Origin: Amoebidium appalachense
Taxonomy: Eukaryota > Protista > Ichthyosporea
Assembly (NCBI GenBank): GCA_963693365.1
Contig: CAVNZM010000002.1
Span: 16,401,615-16,465,614 of the forward strand
Direction of reading: 5' to 3'
Length of the DNA stretch: 64,000 nt
The translations under genes were made by a program, and so were the position numbers. Positions 11,806 to 26,354 of this stretch are shown here, in pieces (positions within the stretch are counted from its first letter, which is position 1; every line of letters starts with the position of its first letter). The notes under the pieces were generated by a model. It saw only the letters and a program-made list of their open reading frames with translations, searched no databases and had not been told where the DNA came from.

Positions 11806-14800
11806 TTACTCAGCCATGCCGATGGCCTGCCGATGCTGCACTAACTTAAGTCTCCCTAAAGCTTTGGTGCACATGTCGGCCACGTTACTGTTCGTGCTGC
11901 AATACACAAGTTCTACATCCCCATTCTCCACACACTCACGGGTGTAGTGGTACTGAACGTCGATGTGTTTGCTCCTGTTATGGAGCATCGGGTTCCTTGC
12001 AAGCTTGATGCTGGCCTGGTTGTCGGCGTAGATGATGGTCGCCTCACTCATATCGTAGCCCAGCTGCCCCAGCAGCTGTCGTAGCCACTTAGCCTCTTTG
12101 ACTGCCAGGCACGTAGCCATATACTCCGCCTCTGTAGATGAAGTAGCCACAGTCTTCTGTTGCTTGCTGCCCCAGCTGATGGCAGATCCATTGGCAGTGA
12201 AGATGTATCCGCTCGTCGACTTACGGTCGTCGGAGTTGCCAGCGTAATCGGAGTCAGTGAATCCCTCCACTGTTGTACTCCCTCCTCGTCCTCCGCGGTA
12301 GACAATCCCGTAGTTGGTTGTCCCCTTGAGGTACCGGAGAAGATGTTTGGCTGCGTCCCAGTGTTGAAGTCCCGGGTTGCTCACGAACTTACTAAGTTCC
12401 CCCACTGCTTGTGCAATGTCTGGCCGGGTGGCCACCATTGCGTACATTAAGGAGCCCACAGCTCTGGCATAAGGAACTTGCCGCATCGCCACTCTCTCCT
12501 CCTCGCTTGCCGGACTCATGGCCTTGCTCAACACGCATCGCTCCGGTAGCGGTGTTGACTTAGCCTTGCAGTCGACCATGTTGAAGCGCCGCATCAATGG
12601 CTTGATGTACGTTTCCTGTGACAATTTTATATCGCCTGTTGCAGCGTCACGACTGACCTGCACACCGAGTAGCAGCTTTGGCTCGCCGATCACCTTGACG
12701 GAGAACTTCGTCGCAACCTGCCTGACGAATTCTTGAATAAGATCATCTGTCGACGCCGCCACTAGCATGTCGTCCACATGCACAGCCACCACCGTCTTTC
12801 CACTTCCGTTGACCTTGAAGTAGACACATCGATCAGCTTCCACACGTGTGAAGCCAAGATCGACCATAGCCTCATGCATCTTCTCATTCCAGCACCTTGC
12901 TGCTTGCTTGAGGCGGCCATACAGACTTTTGTGCAAACGACACACATAGTCTTCCTTTCCGGGTACCTCGTACCCACGCGGTTGCTGCATGTACAGCTCT
13001 TCCTTGATGTCGCCGTTCAGGAACGCCGTGACGATATCTATTTGTGTGAGGTGCATGTTCTCTGCCGCTGCCATAGCGAAGAGAAGTCTGAAGCTGGTGA
13101 ACTTGGCCACCGGGGCAAAGGTCTCTTCGTAGTCTATCCCCTCTTGCTGAGAGAAGCCCCTGGCCACACCACGGGCCTTGTAGCGCTCGACACTGCCGTC
13201 GGCGTTGCGTTTCATCTTGAAGACCCACTTGAAGGAAACTGCCCGACGACCTGGTGGGAGTGGCACCAGTGACCATGTCCCATTCTTGACTAGAGATTCG
13301 TACTCCTCGTCCAGCGCAGCCTTCCACTTTGCACCATCTGGCCTGGAGATTGCTTCTTCCAGTGTCACAGGGTCATCCTCATTGCTATCAGCACTCTCAA
13401 TTGCCATGCTGATACTGTCACGGTACTCTACTACACCTGCGTTGATGCCGTAGGTCCCACCGCGCCTTGTAGTCATAGACGGATAGGCACTTCTGGTTGC
13501 AACCTGCAACTCTGCACTATCTTCCTCGTCTCCTGACCCTGCCGCGTCCGAATCGCCGCTGTCCTCGCCCGCGCCGTCGCCGATAGCATCTGAATCATAT
13601 CCACTGTCAGTGCCGATTGTAGGCTTCCGAAAGGAATGTTGCTTCTTGGCGCTGATTGGATCCCTCGATTCCAAGCTCTGCTGATTTCCGATTGGCTTAT
13701 GCATCAGCAATTCCATTGGCTCATCTTGCACCACCGGAATACCGGCCTTTGGGGTGCATGATTCATCGATCACCACATCTCGCCCGACGATAGTCTTGCG
13801 CGCCTCGGTGTCCCACAACAAGTACGTCTTGCTGTCACCTGTGTAGCCGACGAATTTACACTCCCGACTCTTGGCGTCTAGCTTCCTGCGCTCGTCCTTC
13901 GGCACATGGACAAATGCCTTGCTACCAAATACACGTAGATGGCTAACATCGGGCTTCTCTCCATACCATGCCTCCCAAGGTGTCATGCCACCCAGTACTG
14001 TGGTTGGCGTCAGGTTCTTGATGTACACAGCTGCCTGTACTGCTAGCTGCCAGAACCCCATACTCATGCCTGCTGACTGCAGCATGCAGCGCGCCGTCTC
14101 GACAATGGTCCTGTTAGCCCTCTCTGCTACACCATTCTGCTCTGGTGTGTAAGGGACTGTCGCCTCATGTTCAATGCCGCACGCTTCCAGGAACGACTTG
14201 AACTCAGTGGAGGTGTACTCACCCCCGTTGTCGGAACGCAGAATCTTGATGCTGGCACCGTGTTGCTTCTCTACGTGTGCCTTGTACTTCTTGAAGTAAG
14301 TATGCACTTGGGATTTATGTTTCATGAAGTACACCGTAGTGAACCTTGTCTTGTCGTCGATGAAGGTGACATAATACTTGGAACCTTGCAGCGACTCCTT
14401 GTTGAACGGTCCTGCCACATCAGAATGAACTCTGTCGAGCTTCGCTGGCGCTGTCTTGCGGGGTAGCTTACTGAAAGAGAGCCGGGCTTGCTTCCCTCTC
14501 GCGCATCCCTCGCACACACCGTCATCCTGGGTTTTGCAGTCGATGCACAGACCCTCGACGATGTTTTCTTTAACCATCTTCTGTAGCGTGTTTATTGCCA
14601 CATGACCAAACCGCCGGTGCCATAAACTGGCGCTGCCCTTTATCGGCTCACACACGGTGTTACCCCCACTGCTGCCGACTGCAGTGGTCACCATGTTCAC
14701 GCTCTCACATACGGGTTTCACTAGGAGACGATACAGGCCTCCCTCAGTGACTACCCCACGGGCCACAACTTGGCCATCTGTGGCACTCTCAATCGTACAC

Positions 14801-15442
14801 TGTCGACTGTCGGTGATGCCTCTTAACCCGTGCTTGCCGGCGCTTGAAGCCGACATCACGTTAGTTCCAAATGCTGGCACGTACAGCACATTCTGCAGTC
14901 TAAATGTCATGCTGTTGCCCTGGAACTCACTTGTTAATCTTACGACGCCTATTCCTAGCGCCATCACACCCGGGGTGTTACCCAGAGCGACGGGTTTGGG
15001 TGTGATCGACCGGAAGTCTTCCATCCAGTCCTTTCGGCATGTGACATGGGAGGTTGCGCCGCAGTCCCAATACCACTCAGTTGAAGAAGGGAGTCCGCTG
15101 TTTACCGCCATGGCGAGTATCTCCTTGGAAGCTCCGTTCTGCTTCGCCTTGTCGCCGCGATTGCCGCCCTTCTTCTTCTTTGGACACTGTGACTTGTAGT
15201 GCCCAAACTTGTGACATTTGTAACACTCCACCTTGGATATGTCAGTCACGCGCGGCTTGCCGGTGTCCTGTCGTGGCGTACCGCCGCGCCATTGGGTGCT
15301 GGTCATCATCACCCGCTGCTGTTCCCTTGCAGCCTCGTTCTCCTCAAAACCACGCAGCTTGGCGATTATCTTTTCCATTGTCTTCTCAGCTGCTGGTAAA
15401 GCTTGAATGGTCCTAACGTCGGTGCGGAATCGGTCGTCAGCG
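11806..15442 (-). CDS. Copia gag C-terminus plus pol (zinc knuckle, protease, integrase, RT, RNase H)
   Basis: CYKCHKFGHYKSQC; WYWDCGATSH; LWHRRFGH; HSDVAGP, RSDNGGEY, EQNGVAER; VHVDDML; FTDSDYAG; open to TAA at 11806-11808. Confidence 0.95.
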
Positions 15443-15447
15443 CCTAC

Positions 15448-15563
15448 TGTTGGAATACGTCACCATGTATGACAGCAAGAGCCTTGAAGTATGTATGTGT
15501 CCTAGCTTGTTTGTATTCGTGTCTGCTTTCCTCCTTTGTGCTCTCTCTCTCTCTCCCTCTCTC

Positions 15564-15631
<68 letters not shown>

Positions 15632-16304
15632 CCCCCCCCCCCCCCCCCCCCCCCCGTATCTCTCTCTCCCTTGTTTCTGTGGGCACAGATATCTGTAGAT
15701 CTGTGCACACCTGGCTCTCTTGCCTGATAAGAACTTATTGTGTTTTATTTCTATTTGCTCTCCTCTGTTTATCTGAGAGGTAGCGTGATTGGCTAGCCTC
15801 ACTCGTTGTCTTTCCTTTATTTCAAAATGGCCTAGTTTGTTCTCAAAAGGATGGCTCGCCAATAGTCGCGAGCGAGTACATCTGTAGATTGTGTTGTGCA
15901 TTCCTGTCTGTTAATATATGTGTGTTGTGATTGGACAATAGACTCGGATATATATGGAATTCGGTTTATTGCAAAGTGTCTTCACTTTGAGAGTGTCGAC
16001 TGTTAGGAAATATATGTATTTAAATAAGTTTCTTTATAGAGACGAACATAAATATATATGTGAGTTAATAGTGACTAGATGTATAATTACTTAATTTATT
16101 TAAGTAAGAGTTTCTACACTTTAGTTTAATCGGAAGTTGGAATGCGTATTCTCTGTCGGAATGTGTTTTTCTATCATTCAGTTGTTGTTTGAAATCTTTC
16201 AATGTCTCGTGAACAACTCCGATTGCCCTCTCATTAATGTGTTAGTCGTGTTTTTACATGACACCTCTGTGCACTCTGCTCCCTTAGACCCGTACAAAAC
16301 AACA
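15448..16304. mobile_element. Solo LTR (857 bp) of a different LTR retrotransposon inserted in Copia gag
   Basis: Ends TGTTG...CAACA, flanked by 5-bp direct repeat CCTAC (15443-15447, 16305-16309); non-coding, contains (CT)n and a C run; removal restores the frame (FLDGVG|ADDRF). Confidence 0.88.
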
Positions 16305-16810
16305 CCTACACCGTCCAGGAATTTCTCGGCAACCATGTCCTCACTAACTCCATTGGGATCGATATGAAGAAGATCCTGCACAATGCACTCCAGGCGGGCC
16401 GCATACTCCAGCACGCTTTCCGTCGGCATCATATCAGCACGCCAGAACTGTTGAATCAACATTCTCTTGTGCTCATCTGTGTTGCGCGCAGCGTATGATG
16501 CTACCGTATCCCATATGTCCTTGGGATTTCCTACGGCAATAGCTCGCCGACACAGGCTTGCAGGTACATCACCTAGTGTCTCCACCAGGTAGGAAGTCGC
16601 CTTCTTCTGATCCAAGGGGTCGATCTCCACCGGAGGTTGCTCCACCGGTTCGCCGTCCTCTCCTATCACTTCAGGAGCCACGTCTTCAATCGTGTACCAT
16701 AATTCCTCGCCCTCGAGGAAGCACTTCATGCGCATGGCCCACATTGAGTAGGAGATTTTGCCCTTGCCTTCTCCTTCATACATGGGAACTGGACATTTTG
16801 CTCTTCCCAT
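16305..16810 (-). CDS. Copia gag N-terminal part, interrupted by the solo LTR
   Basis: YSMWAMRMKCFLEGEELW and ESVLEYAARLE are copia gag-like; in frame with 15442-11806 after excision, giving one 1380-aa ORF. Confidence 0.9.
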
Positions 16811-16844
16811 CTTGTCTCAACAGTCGCTTGATCGTAGCGTTGTA

Positions 16845-16858
16845 CTGGGCCCATAACC
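16845..16858 (-). promoter_or_regulatory. Primer-binding site of the internal (half) tRNA-iMet type
   Basis: GGTTATGGGCCCAG directly after the 5' LTR, as in Drosophila copia. Confidence 0.85.
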
Positions 16859-17163
16859 GTAACTTAGAGGTTTCTCTGTGAGACTTTATTATTTGCTGAC
16901 TTGCATTGACTGGCCCACCGGGACCTTTATATACTTGTGGTCTGGCTCACTGGAATGTTACATACTATTCCCGATTGGTCTACCCGCCGCTATGGATCTA
17001 GTCGCTACCAATCAAAACACTCCAATAGAATCTTCTAGACTCTTCTAGATCTATCCTGATCTATCGTGAACCTATCCACCAGTTTATCCCGAATATCTCG
17101 AATATTCCCGATCACTAGTGCTACGCTAACGCAGGGCATACCGGATGGCTATCCTGTTCGACA
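16859..17163 (-). repeat. Copia 5' LTR
   Basis: Matches 11368-11672; terminal A of CA is missing before the PBS. Confidence 0.95.
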
Positions 17164-17168
17164 AAAAA

Positions 17169-17648
17169 TGCGTGGAAAAGAGAGGAGCTGTGGTGGAAAT
17201 GTGTGTGTTTGCTGAGGTAGAGGCGTGGTGCACATGTTGCCGAACATCATCCCTAGGAGAGCCTAACGACGGAGCTAGGCAGCTCATTATTATACAAAGC
17301 ATTAATTGATGCTATAGCTCTGTTTGCCATTTGAAATAAAATCCACTTCATATTAAACCTACATCTACGTCTTGGAGACGTGAAACGACAACCGAGACCC
17401 AACAGCGGAACAGGAAATAAAGGGAGGGGTAACATATCTTGAGACACGTGTGGGAAAGAACCAAACTCAGCTGGTTCCGTGGCAGCTGTGTTCGGGAACG
17501 AAGGCTGTGGACCGTGGCCTCCCCCTGCCTCAGCTGGGCAGCTGCCGGAGGCGCAGGGGGGTACGAATCTGTGGAAGCTGGGCCTAGGCATCCTTGATGC
17601 CATCGAGCACACACACGCGCCACCGTGACCCCCCCCGCACCTCCCCAC
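17169..17648 (-). pseudogene. N-terminal part of the DIRS-element RT ORF, separated by the Copia insertion
   Basis: DMLPLP...SPRRRCR...ANRAIASINALY; removing Copia and one TSD gives continuous reading HAFFPTPPPKPTHFSHAPTPTQEKAMFHIL; a stop at 17253-17255 breaks the upstream part. Confidence 0.6.
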
Positions 17649-18022
17649 AGAGGGAGGCCGTGTGTTTACACCGAGCTCGACTACCTAGTAGAGACCGTAC
17701 ATTGACTCACAATGTCGTATACAAGAGGGTTCTGCTCGGGAAGAAGAGAGGCTCACTTGCTCATGTCAAGGAAAGCAGAGCACGTATTTGTAATGCTTGG
17801 AGTTCAGAAATTTCACTGTGACTGTATAGGCAGAGAGACAGACAAAATTTACGTAGTTTTTCACTATACAAGACTCCTCAGCGCTAGCGAGCTAATCAGC
17901 ATGCTGAAGGGAAAAGACAAATGTAAAAGTCGTATTAATATCTAGAGCGAAAAAAGGAACCTTGAAAATGAGGAGAACGAGCTGGTTAACGTTGAGTTGC
18001 CAGAATTCGTGTGACAATTGCA

Positions 18023-18438
18023 GAAATCAACAGAAAAAAGGACAGCTAGCTAAGGCACCTAGTTTGTGCGCTTTTACACTAGCACCACCAAACTTAGTTC
18101 AACCAACTAACTCTACAAATCCCTTTTACCTCTGATGCCAGACACTCACACAAACGCTAAAACGAAAACCAAAGACTGAAATCCAAACGACATGTACTCC
18201 TTTTTATACCCGTTCCCACGATGCATTTTGGAATTTGAAGCCAGACTGAAGAAACCAATCAAATGCTTTAAAATCTGACCAAATCAGAACATGCAATCAA
18301 AACCGAACCACATTAACTATATATGGAAACCAGCAATCCAACACAACTAATGCATGACAAATAACCAATCACCTCACCGCAATGCCACTCGGTGGATCTT
18401 CGTCTCTCACCGCTGCCTCCTCCCGCTTGAAAGCCACA
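18023..18438 (-). repeat. Split direct repeat A1 (5' end of the element)
   Basis: Matches 8051-8471. Confidence 0.93.
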
Positions 18439-19125
18439 GTCCGAATAGTTGGAACGGCACACTGATATGATCGGCGATAATGTGCCAGACGTCTACTGTG
18501 CTCCTTTTTGTTGGATGTGCCAAGTGTCTGCGCGAGTGCACTTCGGAAAGTTCTGTGTGTGTTACGAGCATGGGTGATCAATCCCCCTTTGTGTGTGTGT
18601 GTTTGTGCGTGTTTGTGTGGTATCTGTGCGCGCACGCGCGCGCGCGTGTGGGTGTGCTTGAATCCAACTGTACGTGGCCGTGAAAACAATAATCTGTAAG
18701 TCGCACATTCGTCCCCCTGCATGAATAAATTGTTGTTTTGGACGGCATAATCCATGTGTGCGCAGGTTCGGATCCGTGCATTCGCACTTAAATTCCGATG
18801 AGGTCCTGTGTGTGTGGTGTGTTTCGAGTCAGTGCATGGTTAAGTTGAGGGCGGGAGTGGGGGGCCGGGGGGTGCGGGCGGGCGGCCCAGGGGAGGGGGG
18901 GGGGGGGGGGGGGGGGGGGGGAGGAGGGGAGGGCGGGGAAGAGGGGGGGGCTCCCGGAAGCCCCCCTAAAGAAGAGGTTCGTTGGTTAGGAGCGCGAGGT
19001 GGTCGGATGGGTATATATGCTTATATGGAAATAAGGTGGGCTGCAGCATCGCTCGACGAAAGTGCATGTGGCTCGACGGAACATGTCAGATGAAATGGAA
19101 CTGCATGGGCTTGCTTTTCCTTCCA

Positions 19126-19166
<41 letters not shown>

Positions 19167-19339
19167 TTTCCCCCTCACCTCTTCTCCTCCGTCCCCTCTC
19201 TGTTTTGAACAAACGTTCTCTCTTACTCACACACTGTGACAACGGTTATTTAATTCGTACCCCTGAAGATGGTTTTGTTGAAGAAATTTTTCGAGGAGGA
19301 TAATGAGGAAACCAACATGACTTGCTGGTGACTCTGGTG

Positions 19340-19427
<88 letters not shown>

Positions 19428-19438
19428 GTGCGTGCGTG

Positions 19439-19470
<32 letters not shown>

Positions 19471-19501
19471 CGTGTGTGCGTGTGTGCGTGCGCGCACGCG
19501 G

Positions 19502-19556
<55 letters not shown>

Positions 19557-19639
19557 GTATGTGTGTGTGTCTATGCGTGTGTGTCTATGTGTGTGTATGT
19601 GTGCATGTGTGTGTATGTGTGCACGTGCGTGTATGTGTG

Positions 19640-19699
<60 letters not shown>

Positions 19700-20497
19700 G
19701 GGGGGGGGGGGCCGGGGGGGGAGCCGGACTCAGGAAACAGGACGGTTCTGAATACTATGAGGATATGGGAGACCCGCATTCTAGGAGGTCTCCGAGGTTA
19801 GGGGAACTGTTTTAAAAAGAAACACATCCAGAGAAAGAGAGAGATGGAGACGGCCTTCAGCAGAGGGCCATAGCTGTTTGCTGCGGCGTCCCTCCTCCCC
19901 CTCCCCTCTTCCCTTCTCTCTCCCCCCCCTCTCCCCCCGCGCCCCCTCCTCTGGTTCCCCTCTCCGCCTACTCCTTCCCCCCCTCAATCCCTCTCCCTTC
20001 CCCCCTCCCCCCCCCCCCCCCCCCCCCCTCTTCTCCCACCCCCCACCCCCCCTGGCCCTCCCCCCAAAAAATAGCAAACGGCAATATGATGTCATCATAT
20101 ACCCAAGAAATCCCTTCTGGCCCACATGCACATGTAGAGAGCAGCATCAAAGTATTGTGTTGAAAATGATAGTGATGGTGTAGGTAGAGGATAAAGGTCA
20201 ACCCCCCCCCCCCCCCCCCCCCCCGGTCCCCGCGCGCCTCCAAAAAAAAAAAAAAAATCCAACCACCCCAAAAATCACCCACTTGTTGCTTCGCTTCTTT
20301 TTTGTGGACGTGTGTCATGAGAGGTGGGGAGGGAGGAGGGGCGGGGGGAGGGGGGAGGGGGCACTGCCGGCGGGAACATGGGCTTCAGCCGTGATGTGTG
20401 ATAGTGCGTGCGTGAGTGCGTGTTATGTGTGTGTGTGTGTGGGTGCGTGCGTGTGTGCATGTGGGCGTGCATGCGTACGTGTGTGCGTGCTTGTGTG

Positions 20498-20710
<213 letters not shown>

Positions 20711-21493
20711 CTACGTGCGGCAGGGGGGGGGGGGAAGGGTTTAAGCGCTTCTTGGCTGGAAAGTATCTAAAGTTCCCCAAGCTTGTTCACACGCCTGCGC
20801 TCTTCAAATTTCCCAGGCTACATATTCCCCCCCCCCCCCCCCCCCCAATAAACATACACACACACACACACATCCTTTTGTTTTTTGCCAAGATTTGTGC
20901 AATGCATGGGAACACCCTTCCACTAAGATTATTGAGAACGGAGGAGAGGATGCCCCCCCAAAGGAACAATTCTATCCGCGGCATGTTTGGCCTAATATTA
21001 GCAATAATAACAGATTGATTCGACATGTCACAGTATCTCAAGATCTCAACAATGAAATTTTGGAGATAACTGCGAAAAAAAAAGACAAAGGCAAAAAGGT
21101 CAAAACAGCAGGAGGGATTACTCATTGAAAACTCATTCTATTTCGATGATCATCACCCTCTCCCCCTCCCCCCCGTCCCCCCCTCCCCCCCCCCCCCCCC
21201 CCCTCTTTCTCCTCCTTTCCCTCCCCTTCCCCTTGACCCCCTGCACAGGGATAATCTAGCCCAGAAATGGCTTCTCTATCGGAGAGGGATATTGATGCTG
21301 TGCACAATCATGAACACTTCACATACACTGCCGGCATCCACGCGTGCACACTATTATTCCTCGAGCTCCTCCTCTCGCCCCAAGCAGGGGCTGTTGCAGT
21401 TCCGTAATTCTTGGGGCTACGTATATGGCCCCTGGGTTCTCTCCGTCACGGTGACCTCCCCACAAACCCCACACTAACTAACCCTTTTAGCTC

Positions 21494-21535
<42 letters not shown>

Positions 21536-21958
21536 TTCGTCCCCTTCCCTCACCCCTCCCTACACTCACCCCCACCCCCATGACCGGCCGCGCACCACCA
21601 CCACCACCACCACCACCACCACCACCACCTCCACCACCACCACCTTCCCAATCCCATTCGAATTCCACGCACACTAATTAGAGCTCAGTGAGATACGTAT
21701 ATTAGTACCAAACAGCACATTCCCTCCGTCCCATAATAGGCATTAGAATATAAATGGTATTTTAAAACTATGAAAAAAAGTAGGAATAGCCAACTTTCCG
21801 AACACAAACTACAACAGGATACAGACGATGCAAAATGAAAACCGTGGTCTTTTAATTCCCCCCAAGAGAATTCGATGATTCAACGACGGATGGGATTTCC
21901 TACGGGCACCCGAGGTAGTGGTTGTTTCTGTGTTGTTTGTGAACAGGGGCAAAACAAG

Positions 21959-22031
21959 AGGCTCGACCGAGAATCGAACTCGGGACCTTCTGCTTACTAG
22001 GCAGACGCTCTGCCATCTGAGCCATCGAGCC
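21959..22031 (-). tRNA. tRNA-Thr(AGT), copy 1
   Basis: 73-nt cloverleaf: GGCTCGA/TCGAGCC acceptor stem, GCTC/GAGC D stem, TCTGC-CTAGTAA-GCAGA anticodon arm, CCGAG-TTCGATT-CTCGG T arm; T run downstream. Confidence 0.96.
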
Positions 22032-22186
22032 ACTGTTAGCAGTCCATGACCAATATGAACTTTGTAACGTAAACTAGCTGTGCATTTGACAGGTCTTGTG
22101 ACTCTTGATCCTTGCTCACTCGCAAGCGTCTCGAGTGCGGCAGCCACACTTACGAGATGGGTACACAAGTAATTATTGTTGGCGGT

Positions 22187-22259
22187 GGCTCGATGGCTCA
22201 GATGGCAGAGCGTCTGCCTAGTAAGCAGAAGGTCCCGAGTTCGATTCTCGGTCGAGCCT
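22187..22259 (+). tRNA. tRNA-Thr(AGT), copy 2
   Basis: Same 73-nt sequence, followed by TTCTTTTT Pol III terminator. Confidence 0.96.
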
Positions 22260-22373
22260 TTCTTTTTGCCGCATGAAGCTATCAGGAGATATTAGGCTAT
22301 GTTTATGTTGCAGTGCCACCTATGTATTCTATGTGCACGTTGCAATTGGGTTTATGCGTGTGTCTGTATACCC

Positions 22374-22416
<43 letters not shown>

Positions 22417-22855
22417 GCGTGCGTGCATGAGTGCGTGTGTGTACACTACTATATATACGTGTATGTGCGTACACAAAGTGTGTACACGCGTGTGTATGTG
22501 TACATGTGCACTGTGGCCTTCTAAATAGCACACTGCTAAATAGCACACGCAAGGCCTCCTAAATAATAGCACTTGATGTGTACAGATGTTTATCATGTGT
22601 GTGCCGTACACAGTGTGTGCGCGTCACAACGTTGTGCATGGTGTGTATGCACACAATTGTACATGTGTGCACGTAGTCATGTGTGTGTGTGTGCGTGTGT
22701 GTGGCATTCCGTATGTGTGAGCGCTTCGTGTGTGTACTTGTTTAGCATGTATGTGTCGCGCTTTCACAGTTTCACTTTATCTGTTTCAGCATCGACGAGG
22801 GTCGCACAAACTGTTATTAGTACTAGGCCGGAGCTCTCCATTATGCATCCGCGGC

Positions 22856-22928
22856 GGCTCGATGGCTCAGATGGCAGAGCGTCTGCCTAGTAAGCAGAAG
22901 GTCCCGAGTTCGATTCTCGGTCGAGCCT
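22856..22928 (+). tRNA. tRNA-Thr(AGT), copy 3
   Basis: Same 73-nt sequence, followed by a T run. Confidence 0.96.
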
Positions 22929-23224
22929 TTTTTGTGTTCTTTGCACTTGCGAAGTCTTTCTGCCTCTTTTGCAGCACTTGCTGTGACACCGTCCGACGCC
23001 GTCCGGAAATAGATGAGAGATAAACCAATCAAAACTTTTGCCTTGTCCCTATTGGCTAAAAAATCACCAATAATGTCTGATAGTTTATATTGGTTAACAA
23101 TAGATCTCCGCCAGATCTAGTATGACGTCACAGCTGAGTCCCGGCAGGGCTGAAAATTCTGGAAGGCGACATCGACTGGCTGATGTAATCAAAGCATCCA
23201 ATGAGAATTGTTCGTTTAGTTTTG

Positions 23225-23321
23225 GGTGCTTGCTCACCCCCTATCGGTCCAATCGGTCCGGTCCGGCCTTTCATCGGTCCGGTCCCGGTCCGAGTTCGAT
23301 CCTTTTCAGAGTCCGCCCCCG

Positions 23322-23393
<72 letters not shown>

Positions 23394-24100
23394 TTTACGC
23401 CCGTGCGCGCTCCCCCTCCCCCCCGGGCCCAACTTGCGGTCGGCCCCACTGGCAGGCCCAGCCGTAGCCCGCCCCCTCGCCACCCTCCCCGAAAGGCTTT
23501 GTGACCTCGAACCCTTCTCAGCAAGACTTCTCTCCCTTCCTTGCCGTGCACCCTCCCATCAAGCTCACCCCCCGGGGCCCTCCCATGCACGTGCACGCTA
23601 ACATCAGTGCCCTCGGGCTCTCAGCTCCGCAGTGATATATAGCTTTCGCACTAGCTATAGCTATATGGCGCTTGCTAGCGCAAGCAATAGATGTTCTCCC
23701 CCTTTTTTATACTTTGTGGCTCGGGTGTAGGCCACTGGCGCACTGCATAATCTCATTCAAGTGTCATGACCTGTCTCTTGTCGTGGTCAGAGATCTTAGT
23801 GATCCTGTCGAGTGTACTGACGGACCTTAGAATGGAGAGCGTGAGTGTGAGGAAAGTGAGGGGAGAGAGTGGAGAAGAAAGGGCAGAGAAAAGGAGAAGA
23901 GAGGGAAGGGAGGAATGACCCGTGCTGGGGACACTATGCACTGTGACGGTCTACCTCGGGGGCAAAAAAACACAACATATATGCCCTCGAAAAAAACCGC
24001 CCAGAATAACAGTCCGCCAAAATGAGGACCGGTCCGGTCCGGTCCGGTCCTACCCCTGGATCGCGGACCGTCGGTCCGGTCCAGACCGGCAATGCCTTGT
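23225..24100. mobile_element. Probable non-autonomous DNA-transposon relic with (CGGTC)n subterminal repeats
   Basis: Clusters of CGGTC/GGACC pentamers at 23244-23292 and 24025-24090 bracket a non-coding interior; no clean TIR or TSD found. Confidence 0.4.
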
Positions 24101-24188
24101 TGCCTGCCCTTCTGTTGGCATGGTTGTTTATTTTAAAATCATGCATACATAGTTACCTTCCATAAACGGTCTCCATAATATCTATTCG

Positions 24189-24214
24189 ATTGGCTGTTAT
24201 TTCTGGTGACGTCA
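24189..24214 (+). promoter_or_regulatory. Inverted CCAAT box and CRE-like TGACGTCA upstream of histone H4
   Basis: ATTGG at 24189-24193 and TGACGTCA at 24207-24214, about 125-150 bp before the ATG. Confidence 0.4.
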
Positions 24215-24334
24215 TTCTGTTTCCAACAGCAGGCTGCAGCTACATAGTTATTATTGTAGTAGAAGTTTCAGTTGACAGCTTTCCGCTCTAGATCTCGTTT
24301 TCTAAGTTTTTACGAGGAACTCTCCATAGATTGA

Positions 24335-26354
<2,020 letters not shown>

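Larger units (their letters stand above)
11367..17163 (-). mobile_element. Ty1/copia LTR retrotransposon, full length, 5-bp TSD AAAAA
   Basis: LTRs 11367-11672 and 16859-17163; TSD 11362-11366 and 17164-17168; PBS GGTTATGGGCCCAG; purine tract AGTGGGGG before the 3' LTR; domain order gag-PR-IN-RT-RH. Confidence 0.97.

Noticed and set aside
12160-15416. Plus-strand ORFs antisense to Copia pol
   Set aside because: Shadow frames of the long pol ORF with no recognisable motifs
22187-22259. Suppressor tRNA (CTA visible in the anticodon arm)
   Set aside because: The 7-nt loop is CT-AGT-AA, so the anticodon is AGT (Thr)
23285-23305. Fourth tRNA or tRNA-derived SINE (GAGTTCGATCC B-box-like)
   Set aside because: No cloverleaf or A box; embedded in CGGTC repeats
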